Shown here: positions 52,461 to 64,000 of the stretch, in pieces
How the letters are laid out: each line of letters opens with the position of its first letter
How positions within the stretch are numbered: the first letter of the stretch is position 1
DNA from: Phoronis australis
Taxonomy: Eukaryota; Animalia; Phoronida
Direction of reading: 5' to 3'
DNA length: 64,000 nt
NCBI GenBank assembly: GCA_002633005.1
Contig: NMRA01000092.1
Coordinates: forward strand, 410,484 to 474,483
Translations under genes and position numbers: made by a program
The notes under the pieces: generated by a model
Database searches by the model: none
Seen by the model: the letters and a program-made list of their open reading frames with translations, nothing else
Told to the model about the DNA's origin: nothing

Positions 52461-53801
52461 AGAGTCAACTTTTGATAATTAGTAGTTTTGTGTGAGGAAA
52501 CCAAAGGGTGAGGCCAGGACTATGCATATAGGGTGACTCAAATAACCTAAACCCATAAATTTCTTAATTCATGTATTTTTTCAAATTCGACAGATATAAA
52601 CTTTAATGTATGATCGATCTTTCTGTTATAAAAGCTCAAACCAAACAAGTGGGTTTGCCATCAATTTTTTCTTTTCCGAAGAATTAGAATTAAGAACATT
52701 ATATAACATTTCGAGGAGTCCGTGTTTGGGGTCAACCTGTATATTAATGAAAGCTGAGTAATGTACCACTATTAACTTTGAATAACAACATTGTATGCTG
52801 GCATTCTGTATACACTGGTCATGTTACAACACCTGCGAGCCTAGGTCTGTTCAAGAAAAATATTGTGACTGTACTCGCGTTCAAATCACAAATTTTAAAG
52901 GCTCTACTTCCACTACATTTTCATTGAAAAACTCCATGAAAGAAATTTTATTAATGCAAATAGCATGAGGTAAACCTAGTTTCCAAACGATGCCCTTTTA
53001 ACATGACATTGATTTAAAAAAACCTATTTGACCTACAATTTTTAGTTTTACTTTAGTTTTCGAATTTCCAGTGGTTGTTGAAGTTGAATGACTGAACATC
53101 GCTTTTATTGGACTGACAAAATGTGGTTGTAAACAATTCAAAAGCAGGCAGTTCTGTAATTTACAAAAGAAAAATGTTTATTATGAAAAATATGTTGTAC
53201 AATAATTGGATTTAAGCCCAGAAAGTGCTAGAAAACATTAAGTAATTTACAAAGTGATCTCATTTTAGTGTTTTTATCTTTTGATTGATGACACTCATCG
53301 GATGTTCTAGGCAGCCAGGTAGCTGTATAAAGTATAACATCAAAATGCATATTTTAGTATATACCTTTGCGCCAAGGTTACCTGAGTTCTAAACTGATGA
53401 AAACAAACAACATGTATCTTAAATACTAAGTTTACATGAGTGGGGAAAACACTAGCAGTTTTACTGGTTAAAACACGTCTGAAAATGCGAGCATTTTAGG
53501 TAGACGAACATTAAGCTATTCTCGAAATTGGTCTTTTTCACCAGTAGTTAGTTCGTTTCCTCACCCCCAGTCAAATTTAAGAAAAAATTGATGTCAAAAC
53601 GCGGTCGCTCTCTGCCATAAAATTGGTTAATACGACATTAAAAGAAGACCTATTGACCTGCGTGCATGAGTGTCTTGTGAAGTAAGTTGTCTGCGTACAA
53701 AAATGCCAGCAGTTTTGGAATAACTCAATCGCACAACATGCTGATGTTGCAGTCACGTGATCTGTTTGCTTTGTGCAGGTGTCCAGTGCAGGTCAGCCGT
53801 G

Positions 53802-53870
53802 ATGTCCGTCCAGCACATTACTGACCGACTACGCCAGCAAAACCTCACAGGCAACTCTCATGACTGTGCC
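53802..53870 (+). CDS. FAM53: FAM53 coding exon 1 (MSVQHITDRLRQQNLTGNSHDCA)
   Basis: Acceptor tgtgcag| at 53779; donor |gtaagt; resembles the FAM53A N-terminus MVTLITEKLQ. Confidence 0.82.
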
Positions 53871-56800
53871 GTAAGTAATCTCTTTCCAGTTCGCTTATAG
53901 CATGCTGGTGCAATGTATAACCTCTGTCGACACCACACTTGAGTATGCATGCATTTTCGCTTATATCCGACATAGTGTGCCTTTTCAAAAAGATTTTTTG
54001 CTCAAGTTTTTAGCGTAAATAGGTCATGTCTCACTTATAACTGACTGCTGTTGTTCCTTTGTTTATTCACATTTGTTAAACTGGATGCTTTTTGCATGTC
54101 TTTTTTCATTCTTGGTGTCTTTAAATATTTTGTCCTCGGGGCTCTTGGCGCCTTGATAGTGGGGGCGACTATCAGGCCCCATTCCTCTATGAAAAATATT
54201 TAAATATCGTGTGTAATATCCTTTATTAGGCCCAAAAATCATCTTCCAGTGATAAAAAATCCCTTCCGATGCTTAAAAAATAGCCTCAAGATTAGAATCA
54301 ATTCTACAATTAGTAGTTTTGCGGATGAGTAGTGGCGATTTGGGAGGGGTGGAATTGGTCGTCACTGGGGCGAGGAATTTTCAACCCATATAAAAAATTG
54401 CAATCTCAAAAGACACTGCCAGGTGAACGAGGTCCCTAGATTAGCCAAGCTTCAGTCACATTGCTGTTTGTAAAGCGTGCTCTTGTTTTGACAAATAGAG
54501 CTGCATGTGCTGGTACTGCTAATGCTGTCTATATGAAAGCATTGTAAAAAAGCATTATTTTAATACAAACATAGATAATATCATTCATTGGTACCATCTG
54601 GGTTTTTATTATTATGTTTATTGATATTGCTCATCACTTATTGTTGTCGTTATTAGTGTTAATGTTATTATTTGTATTACTTATATTGCTAAAAGGTGTG
54701 GCATGTGATTCAGAAATTTATGAAGTTCATAAGTAATTAATTTTTAAGTTTGGGATATTACTTAATTTTTAATGATCTTATGTTTGGGATATTAAAAGGT
54801 TTCGTAATAATTGTCAATAAAACAAACTGTAACAGCTTTTTACTTGTCTTTTTCAGACATTTCATGAAAAAATCCGCCATCATTCAGAACCTGGCCGAAT
54901 CTCCAAACATTCAGGTAGGTTTGGTCTTACTGGAAAAAAATGCATCCCAATTGCTTGGAACTGTGAGTAATAAAATGCCAATTTAGTTGTTCTCTGTCAT
55001 ATCTTGACTTTTTGTAATGAATGTCGTATTCTTGTGACAATTGAATTATTAGCAAACATCTACTGCAGAGATAAATAATGACACATGCCATGGTCATTTA
55101 TGCAAAACTTTTTATTTTGTTTGGAATCGAGTCGTAGTAGTCGGTTGACAATTTGCTTTATGCTTGCAGAATGCCGTAAACTATACAGATTACCCGCCTG
55201 TGATGGGACCAGTGAACTGTGCTGTGACAGTGGTGGGCTACACGCCTGCCTGGAGACCCCGCCCCTCAGCATCAGTGGCACAGCCATGTGCAATAGCCCT
55301 AAGGTGGCAGCCATGCCTCCAGATCCGCCCAGCAAGAGACACTGTCGGTCTCTGTCCATTCCTGGTGACCAAACGTGTCCGTCAGACCATCGTAAGCTGC
55401 ACAGGCCAGTGGCGTTGAGACCGCATCACAATAATAACAAACTCAAGAGCCGTCAATCCCCGCTGGTCTTCAGTAAACCCACCAGTCCCAGTGCCTTTAA
55501 TAGTATGTCGCCAATCACCACGTCAGTCACCACAAGTGACTACTTTTCCACGCCCCCTGACTCTCCTGTGCCCCGCCCAGCTTCAGTTTCCAGTGGCTAC
55601 TATGACGGGTCATTGAACTCTTTAAGCGCTCCATGGTTAGAGAGCTGCCGCTCTGCGTCAACTTCAGGCCCCGTTGTTTTGTCCAAGTCTCGCAGTCTTT
55701 CATTCGAGGGAAGGATCTCTGATGATTCGTCTGCCGTGTCAGTAACGAAGGTGTGTGTCGGGTGGACACCTTCATCGCCACAGCGACTGAACATCCTACG
55801 CTGCCATTCTCAGCCTTGTGTATTACATGAGCGCGAAAGGAAATGTGGTTTGAAGCGACGTCGGGGAGAGGACCGCCCCAGTCTCAACTTTGACAAAATG
55901 AACGAGGTACTGTTGATGTTCCAGTAGCAAAACACTTCACTACAATGCAAAATTTTGTCTAAGAAAGTTTACTCTTCTCATTGTGTAATGTTTGACGTAG
56001 GAGGGGTCATGGGACCCTTTTCCCCTTGATTACATTGATATATCTAGAATTTTCAAATGGTTGTCTTGGACCCCCTTTTTAAAAAATCCCTGATCCAACC
56101 CCCCTTTTAAAAAATCCTGGATCTGCCCCTATTTCAAGATAAGCATATGGAATATCAAAATGGCTATAGAATTGAACTTTTAATTCAGAGCACTTACTGC
56201 TGTAAAGTTGGTATCGATTTCCTCCTTACTCGGGTGAGAAGGGATTTGTGGGTATGAAATGAACTGACAGTTTGTTATTCCATGAGACGTTGCTCGGTGC
56301 ATTACATGTCACGCCGTGACAAGGAGACTTATAGAGCCAGTTCTCAAGCAACAACAAACGTGTCAGTTCTTTCCAATCCCTGTTGTCCTACCTGTTTTGA
56401 CTTAGGAACAATTTGAGACCAATTTCAAATATCTTAAGTGGTCTAAATGAAAGGCTGGCTTATACCAGCTCAAAACTGCTTTAATTAAAACGCAGTTGCA
56501 CATTCCGGGCTAACAAGTAACATGACTGTTACCATGGGACGTATGTATTGTGGTGAGTCTCGTCTTGTTTTGAAGAAATAATTTTGCATTAAGGCAAAGA
56601 TAACACTTCTAGTTTTCTATGATTGCGCTGCATCCATGGTGGTTCTTGTGGGCACTACTTTTTGCATGATAATCCTGTTCAGACCTCTTTCAGTCAAACC
56701 CATGTGGTTAAAAATCTCACCAATTTGGATGAAAATAATTGGCAAACATGTCATTTTTCATTCTTCAAAGTCTTATTACATTGTCGTCAGTGCCCCAAAA

Positions 56801-57569
56801 AATTTAAAACATTGTCTCTTGTGCAAAACTTGAACATGGAAAAACATTTAATTTGGTACCACGTATCTCTTATCAAGTATCTAAAATATATGCAAAATGA
56901 AAGAACATCACCTTCATAATGTTTCACACTTAATTTGTGTTAGCATGATTTGTTGAAAAGTTGCCTCATCAGCTATCCAAACCCGTTTAATTTTATTAGC
57001 TATGTCTATCAACCACCGGACACTGAAAAAAATTCAAAAGGAATTGCAGCGGAAGTTTTTCGGGAAGCGTGATCATTAAAATACACGCGGAGCTGGAGTG
57101 TTTGATAGTTTGTCCAACCAAATGATTTGCCCTTGGTAGAACTTTGATTTCTGTGTTGACTTAAGATTATTTTCATTTTCAGAAGTTGAGAGGCCGAGCC
57201 ATTCCTCAGTCGTACAAGTCGGTGCGTAGCCTAGCTAGCGCATTTGCTGACCCATCTCATGTACTCACCTCCATCGCCAGCTCTCCTTTGGACAGCAACA
57301 TCCCAGTTGACCTCTCTCCACCACAGTCCACTGACCAAGCTAGTGAGAACCAAGTGGCAAAGGAAGAGCTGTGTGAGCATAACGTGGCTGAGCGCAGTGA
57401 CAGTGGCTGTTACCTCCTGGATGACGACCCCCCACACATCGTAGGCACCCCTTCCTCAAGCTGGGATCAGAAAGGCAACCAGTCAACTGACTTCATCACC
57501 GATTCTGACCTACAATTCCCTCTGGATAATTCTGTGGAGATAGATTTAGATTTAATTGAAAATGACTGA
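53802..57569 (+). CDS. FAM53: FAM53-family protein; full spliced span, 4 coding exons, 1251 nt, 416 aa
   Basis: Family motifs: N-terminal ITDRLRQQNL, PPSKRHCRSLS, STPPDSP, RCHSQPCVL..KCGLKRRR..RPSLNFDKM, C-terminal IDLDLIEND*. Exon phases are consistent. Paralogue (A/B/C) cannot be assigned. Confidence 0.92.
54173..54439. mobile_element. hAT-like MITE in the FAM53 intron
   Basis: CAGGCCCCATTC ... GAACGAGGTCCCTA ends; homologous to the 45781 copy. Confidence 0.45.
54857..54914 (+). CDS. FAM53: FAM53 coding exon 2 (TFHEKIRHHSEPGRISKHS)
   Basis: tttttcag|ACA...TCA G|gtaggt; phase 0/1 bridges exons 1 and 3. Confidence 0.8.
55170..55906 (+). CDS. FAM53: FAM53 coding exon 3 (main conserved exon)
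   Basis: cttgcag|AA TGC...AAC GAG|gtactg; lies within ORF 55085..55927. Confidence 0.93.
57183..57569 (+). CDS. FAM53: FAM53 terminal coding exon (KLRGRA...DLDLIEND*)
   Basis: ttttcag|AAG, phase 0; long AT-rich 3'UTR with candidate AATAAA at 60026. Confidence 0.92.
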   Translation, partial: KLRGRAIPQSYKSVRSLASAFADPSHVLTSIASSPLDSNIPVDLSPPQSTDQASENQVAKEELCEHNVAERSDSGCYLLDDDPPHIVGTPSSSWDQKGNQSTDFITDSDLQFPLDNSVEIDLDLIEND

Positions 57570-60500
57570 CCAATCTGCTTGTCAGTTTGGAGGCATGGGT
57601 CTTCCACGCCATTTTGTTGTACGTTGCAGGTGTATTAACCTTGTGAACAAAACATTTATAATGCCAAAAGATAATGAGATTGAACATTGTCTGATGTTAA
57701 GGATTATTTGTTCAGAATTGAGATTCCAATGGAACTTTGTTACTTTGCTCTCTGTTACTCTGTCATTAACTAAGCGGCAAAATGTTTCTGAAATACTGGT
57801 CCATGTAAACTGTTGACTACTTAAATTGTTGGAACCGTCTCACAAGATTTATTTTTGACCATTTTGAAATTGAACAATGTTGAAGCACAATGTTCCATGT
57901 GCTACTTGCATCCCTTTTTCACATTTTTGCTGCTGTAAAATGTTGTTTTGAAAACGGTTGGTTTGATGTGATTCACGTCGAATGACTCATGGTTCGCGGG
58001 GTATGATTCTTGAATAGTGAATGCCTACGCAATTCAGAGTTGAGTACAATTCATGTGTAGGGGTGGTGTGTGTAATGGCTGCATCTTGAAGACTTCAGTG
58101 ATTTGTGCGCAGCGATTTCTCAAAAGATTTATGGGCTATTAAGGCATCCATAGTTCATTCTTAGTGAATACACGTCTGATCTAGATTTAGTGGACACATC
58201 TTGGATTCATGTATAGTGAAAACCTGTGTGATTCTTGAGAAATGAAGACTTGCACAACTCGCGTGTTAGCAAGATGTCCACGACTTGTGAATTGTGATGG
58301 GTATTTATTTATGTAAGCCAGTTAATTATGTTGGTTTTTTCAGTAGTACGCTATGTTTCCATCTTTTCATTCTAGTTCACAGTCTCCGAAATATTTGGCA
58401 ACTGCAATATACTGCATTTTGTTTGTTTGTGCGTGTCAACAAAAACTTATTTTTGTCAAATTATTTTTATATGCCTGGGTTGTAAATGATTAATTCTAAC
58501 TAGTTAAGGGTATGAGCCTGGTCAAAAGTATTCACTCAAAATGACCCATAGTTCCCCGCCATGATGGCTTGCCGGAAGCCGAATCCATCGTCCTCGTACT
58601 CTTCCCTCATTACTGAGAGTGAAAGGAAAGTTACAAGGAAGTTAGTATTTTGCTAAACCATTCTGCAATTAGAACTTTGCCCTCATAATACTTATCACCT
58701 GCCATTTTTCACAGAATTAGCCGCCATGACTGGGAAACCAGCGTTTTGTCTAATTACTTTTGTCTTGTTTTCTAGTTTCTTTAATTCATTGCCAGTAATG
58801 TGTTTTGGAACACTAGTCACATATTGATGTCAGTTGCAGTGTCAATGTAATTCTGATGTCAGACTCAGGGTGGCAAATACTCGACTAGATTCTCCAAATG
58901 CATTGACTTGATGCTACAACAAGAGGTGCCAAAAATACAGGCCGAAAGTTTTAAAATCCTTCATCAAACTCAACACGAAGACTGCCAAACAGCCCAGACA
59001 CCCTCTGTAACTCCAAACAGTATTTATGATGCCTGCCACTGCTTTGTTTCTCCTTTTTGACTGGCTACCTGGGACCAAAATGAAACTTAATCAGATGCTC
59101 GACTGATATTTGTTGTCAATTACATTTTAGACTTCAAGTATAGTTGAAAATTTGATGCTGTATGATAGGTCAGTTATCATATCGAGTCCCGAGCAAAGTT
59201 AGGTGGTCATGGACCCTGACCTAAGATACTCTGTGATATGTCTTCACCGGCAGACATTTCTTTCATATTTGACTGGAGAGTTTCCTGGTGACTTCAATGT
59301 AAAGTATAATCTCCAAAAATTGAAAATGTTTCTGTAACTTCTGATGCTGGTGAAGTAACAAAAATTAGCATCATATTACTAAAAAATCATTTCCAGTCAA
59401 TAGTGTTGGAAATTTTTGTCTAGCAATAAGCCAATAAGCTGTATTATACCAAAATGATATACGTCTGCTTTTCAAAAGTCATGAACGCATATGATCATTT
59501 GCCAAGTACTAATGTTTCATTTGTCAGCAAGTTAAGCAATGCACGTCTATTTTATTATTTTTAATGTGGGTGATCGTGAGTTTGCATGTGTGCGTGTGTG
59601 TACTTTACGTCCAAATTCAAAGCGAATTTATTTAAAATGTTGTTTGAGTTAATAACGCAATCACCTGCCTGTGGTGTTGGCATATTGTGTAAATTAAAAT
59701 TTTGTTATTTTACTTGTCAGTATTTTTTGTATTCTGGCAGTTTGGCGTGAAATTAGATTAATTTTTATCACCTTTCAAACTTATGAAGGTTTAACAATTG
59801 ATATCTCATGGTTATGGTGTTAAAAACTTACTTATCAAAACCAACAGGAATGCATTCATGCGTATGTGAATCGGAAGAATATTGTTTACTTACTTACTCA
59901 TGACGAATGTTGATGTTTACATTGTAGGACATGTTTAGTGTTAACATATCAGTGATTGTGGCTGTTGGGTTGTGCCTATGTACTGAGTGTGTAGACCGAC
60001 GATAATTGTCCTGACTTTTATACAAAATAAACTGCCTTGATTTGATTTGATTGAGTTCTTCTTTGGGATTTACCACAAACACGCCACTCTTAACAGTGCA
60101 GACGTATTTAAAATGTCCCGCTTTTGGTGGTCACTCGTCCACTTGACCCTAATCTTCAGCACACCTGTAAACATTCTAATTTTCACAAATACAGTAAAAT
60201 CTGTCCAATTTAGGACACACTGTGGCACACAGGTGAAATTTGTAAGTTTCTCATTTTTTTTTTCTGAAAATGATACTTAGTGCCAAAATGATGCTTTGCC
60301 ATTTAATTTCTGCACCATTTTTACCCACGGACAATATTTTGAAAAAATGTGATCATTTCCAATAATGTTCGAAACCCCTGAAAAATGAAGGAAGTACTAT
60401 TTTGGCAATTATATTTGTCCACTTAACATTGATAAACGATTCAATGATTACATACCACAGTATGCATGTAGATTCCTGTTGACTTGAGTCTTGCATGTCT

Positions 60501-62382
60501 GCAACCAAGGAACTTCGTTGGATGGCCAGTGATGGTGGAAATTTGAGCATGAGGTCACTGGTAAAGGCGCTACTCGGTGGACATTGTGTTAAGTAATAAT
60601 TTAATGTCAAACCTTTGATGCAGGGAGGGGGCTTTTTCGTGTTGTGAAATGCAATGAGGACTGCGAATCAACATATCAAAGCTGAGAGGTACAGGCTCCA
60701 GTGCAGATGTCATTGATTATTCAACAAAGCTGGTGTGCCAAGGCAGAGAACAATTACTGGAACTATGTATATAAAATTGTGTTCAGTTTGAGCATTGGAT
60801 GCAGTAATGGACTGGGAAGTGCAAGTTCTGTGGAGCATGCCAAGGCTGTAAGAGTCAGCCGGGCAGAATCGGAAAAACAAATCATCGTTTCTCTGCAATT
60901 TGAGTCAAATGAGGCATTTTCCATAACTTCTATTAGTTGGAAAATGCAAAAGAAACTTGGAAAAAACACTAATTCCAAAACGATTCTCTAGTTTTTATAC
61001 TTATTATTGTTCACACTTTCTTTGAGTGAAATGCAAACCCTCCAAAAATCCTGGATAGTAAGCTTTAGGTCCCACGACCCTCGAGCTACGCAATGTCACA
61101 ATAGAGACCAGTCAACCACAGACCTGCATCATAACCTTGTGAGCAGTATTCCACCTTACATGGATGTGGTCAGAGTACACCACTGCAGACTTGAAATAGC
61201 TGTGCTACTACACGGTTGTCTCCAACAATTACCTTTGTTAGACATAAAAGAAATATGACGAGACAGAATTTTTACTGCCAATATCTCCTTAGTGAATTTT
61301 ATGCGAAAATGTTCCACAATAGCTAAACCATGCCAAAATTTTCTGGCATGAATGAAATGTAACTCTACAGTATTTTTTTCTGATACTTTCAACAAGACTT
61401 GCATTTTTGCAAACATTTACCATAACATAAGGCACGTATTTGGCTAAAAATTGTATCAAGTTTGTTTTGCTCCAACAGTGATCCTATATAGAGGTATGCA
61501 ATATGTGAATGGTAGTACCAAAGTGCTAAGCAAAGGATGACAATATGGTATTCACTTGGTTAAGTTGCGAGTCCAAATGGACTACAATAAATACAATGGA
61601 GAGAAGACAATACAGCCCATATCACTCGAGATAAGAGAACATGCCTTGGAATTGACCGTCACAACTGCAGTTAATCCTCATGGCAACTGCCTGTCATAAT
61701 GGAAAAATAACTGGCATGCTCAGCAAAGCTGGAAACGCTATGTTGGAACGGCAGATTGTTACGCATCTTTTTTGCACGAGAGCAGAATTGGCGGTCAAGC
61801 TGGAAAATAAAGTTAACAGACATATGTATGTACAAACATGCATTTAAACAGGGACTAATAGAGCATAAATTAAGACTTTCACAGACTGATTAATACACAT
61901 TTATTGATTAAATTAAATTAACACTTGAGCTAAATGTATCATTACACAGGGGGACCAATCGACTGAAAGGAGTCCTTCTGCAGGGATGGATCCAAGGGTA
62001 AACTGAGTGGAAATCCACCAGCAGTAGATACTTTTCAAGAACTGCAGTTAAATGAATACTGCCTGACCACTAAGCCTCTCACTGTCATTTAAGTTAGACA
62101 GGCGTCCCACATGTGTGATTAAACTATTCGTCCAGTCTTCCAAAACTGTTGGATCTGCTAGTGGTGAGGATACACTCAGTAGATGTGAATGTGAAAGCCA
62201 GGTGGGCACTGTAATTATCGTGGCGTCTTCTGTCTCTGTCAGTCATATGTTGAAGGATTAATAATTCTCTCTCATAGTACAACACATCAGCACATCCAGT
62301 TTTGGAATGTTCCTGCCCAGTCTTGACAGGTCCAGCCACAGTGGAGGATAATTGTCCGATACCGAGACGCAATAATGCTGAT

Positions 62383-62418
62383 TTAAAGAATGACACAGCA
62401 ACGATTAGTCTGTTTGGC
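62383..62418 (-). CDS. YKT6: YKT6 terminal exon (AKQTNRCCVIL*)
   Basis: cctgtttcag|GCC AAA...CTT TAA. Confidence 0.93.
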   Translation of the reverse strand, partial: AKQTNRCCVIL

Positions 62419-63981
62419 CTGAAACAGGAAGTAAAAAGAAATAAAAACAGCAAAACACAATGCCACAAAAAAAATTTGTCATTCTGTGGATAGACATTTT
62501 TCAGTGTTTAAAAATTCATACAAACTGCTAAATACTCTTTATACAGTACAAAACAAATGTAACCAGACAAAGCACCATTTCCTCATCATAGCCGCCAATT
62601 CTGGTATTAAAACAGCAAAAATCACTAGAAAAAGTAATAACCATTAGGGCCACAAAATTAGGACTTAAGCACCGTTCTACCTTTTCTATGAATTCCCCCT
62701 TTATTCTCAGTTATGAGATAAGACCTCTCTATCTCGCTTCCGTGCACCAGTCACAATGGAAAATTCCGGGTCATTTTGACTAAATACTTTTGACTTGCTC
62801 TGCATTTTCCATCAACAAAAACAGTCAATGTCTTTACTATCAGTGCTCCTGCTAACTCCTGACAAAAGATAACATAAATCACTACAACCTTTCTATTGTG
62901 CAAGTATTTTGACACAACCAAGTTTTCATTGGTACTTACAGTTTTGTAAAATGCTTTAGACTGAGTACTTAGATCTTCTGACTTTCCTACTAGGTCATCA
63001 AGCTTCTCACCTCTTTCTAAAACTGCCTCTATTGTGTTGTGCTGAAATGAAACATACCGGGGATATCATGCTGCTTCTGTCACATGACTGTAAAACGAAG
63101 GTTATCACGGACGGAACCCAGATGAAATTCAATACCAGCGCAGGCAATAAATTAAATCCAATCGAATTTTATGTTTGACTTGTGCTTTCTTTCGGTAATA
63201 CTTATAAATCATTCGTAAGTATCATGAAAAAACAACAACAGAGCACTATGCCCGCTAACACGACCCAAGCCTGCAAAAACTGACAATATGCCTAAGCACA
63301 CAACAATTATTTGCCCTCATGCTTCAGGTTCAGATTTTACTTTAGACGCTTCCCCAGGCTTATGAATGTTTCTGACTATTGTGCGACGAAACACATACTG
63401 ACCAGCAAATTATCTGTACTAAATTGTATCTAATGATACTAGCTCAGCTATGTTTCACTGATGAAACAATAGCAAAATATTGTTTCTGCAACACAAACAA
63501 TACCTAAACCAAACAAAAATACTTACAAATTCCAACAACCAGTGTCGTGGTTACTGCGAACCTTTGTCACAACGGTCAAAAATTTGAAATTTCTTCATAT
63601 AAACTGATTGCTAAGCAAATATTGTCAAATACTTAATGATTGCAAAATATGTACATAATAGTGACCAAGCAACTGTAGTTGTGTGATTTTTTATGTACTG
63701 GTAGTGTATTTTTCTGTATTAGCTTCAAAAATGAGTCCTGAATTTCATGTCTAGACTTTATATAACTGGAACTTGGCTGTCTAAATGACGACTTCCAATA
63801 TTTTCATAGAATGTTGAAGATGACTTTTGCACAAAAAAGCAGTTCAGACTTTCATTTCTGTTTCAGTTGTTTCAAAGACAATACAAACTAGAAATCCAAC
63901 CAGCTTCGTGCTTACCAGTATGATCTTTGTTTCATCTAAGTCTGCGTGTATTTTAGTCATGGCGTCAGCTTCCCTTGGGTT
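62383..63981 (-). CDS. YKT6: Synaptobrevin homolog YKT6 (longin R-SNARE), last three coding exons; gene continues beyond the window
   Basis: NPREADAMTKIHADLDETKIIL | HNTIEAVLERGEKLDDLVGKSEDLSTQSKAFYKT | AKQTNRCCVIL*: diagnostic YKT6 SNARE motif and CCxxx tail; all junctions phase 0 GT-AG; AATAAA (minus strand) at 61900-61905. Confidence 0.95.
62940..63041 (-). CDS. YKT6: YKT6 exon (HNTIEAVLERGEKLDDL...AFYKT)
   Basis: tttcag|CAC...ACT|gtaagt, 102 nt. Confidence 0.95.
63916..63981 (-). CDS. YKT6: YKT6 exon (NPREADAMTKIHADLDETKIIL)
   Basis: ttttcag|AAC...CTG|gtaagc, 66 nt. Confidence 0.94.
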
Positions 63982-64000
63982 CTGAAAACAGTCGGAATTA

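Noticed and set aside
45781-54439. One 8.6-kb TIR element capturing FAM53 exons
   Set aside because: Each end appears to belong to its own short MITE of the same family, and there is no shared TSD.
55060-55794. Overlapping alternative-frame and antisense ORFs in FAM53 exon 3
   Set aside because: Expected by-products of a GC-richer coding exon; no recognisable motifs.
57567-57816. Stop-codon readthrough or SECIS after the FAM53 TGA-C
   Set aside because: The protein ends at the family-typical C-terminus; no CTAG readthrough context or convincing SECIS seen.
780-62493. Most of the 60-120 aa ORFs in the supplied track
   Set aside because: Random ORFs in AT-rich intron or repeat DNA, or intronic extensions of true exons; no protein motifs.

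Overview
AT-rich eukaryotic (invertebrate bilaterian-like) genomic DNA. Three intron-containing host genes can be rebuilt by hand from GT-AG junctions with consistent phases: (1) PYROXD2 on the minus strand, 14 coding exons, 21184->4295, 587 aa; (2) a FAM53-family gene on the plus strand, 4 coding exons, 53802->57569, 416 aa; (3) the last three exons of the SNARE YKT6 on the minus strand (63981->62383), which the ORF track misses. PYROXD2 and FAM53 may share a divergent promoter near 23.8-24.0 kb. Introns and the intergenic region are dense in decayed mobile elements: an internally deleted ISL2EU-like THAP+YqaJ transposon, several other THAP remnants, a hAT-like element with a 5-bp TSD, Helentron-like elements, a solo LTR, MITEs and tRNA-derived SINE heads. 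The most unusual signals are a minisatellite made of about 9 copies of a PYROXD2 splice acceptor, an in-frame duplicated splice donor in the same gene, a phased array of CTCF-like motifs inside a Helentron-like element upstream of the FAM53 coding exons, and a CaaL-type YKT6 C-terminus. I found no clearly new multi-gene system. Family assignments rest on recalled motifs, not database searches.
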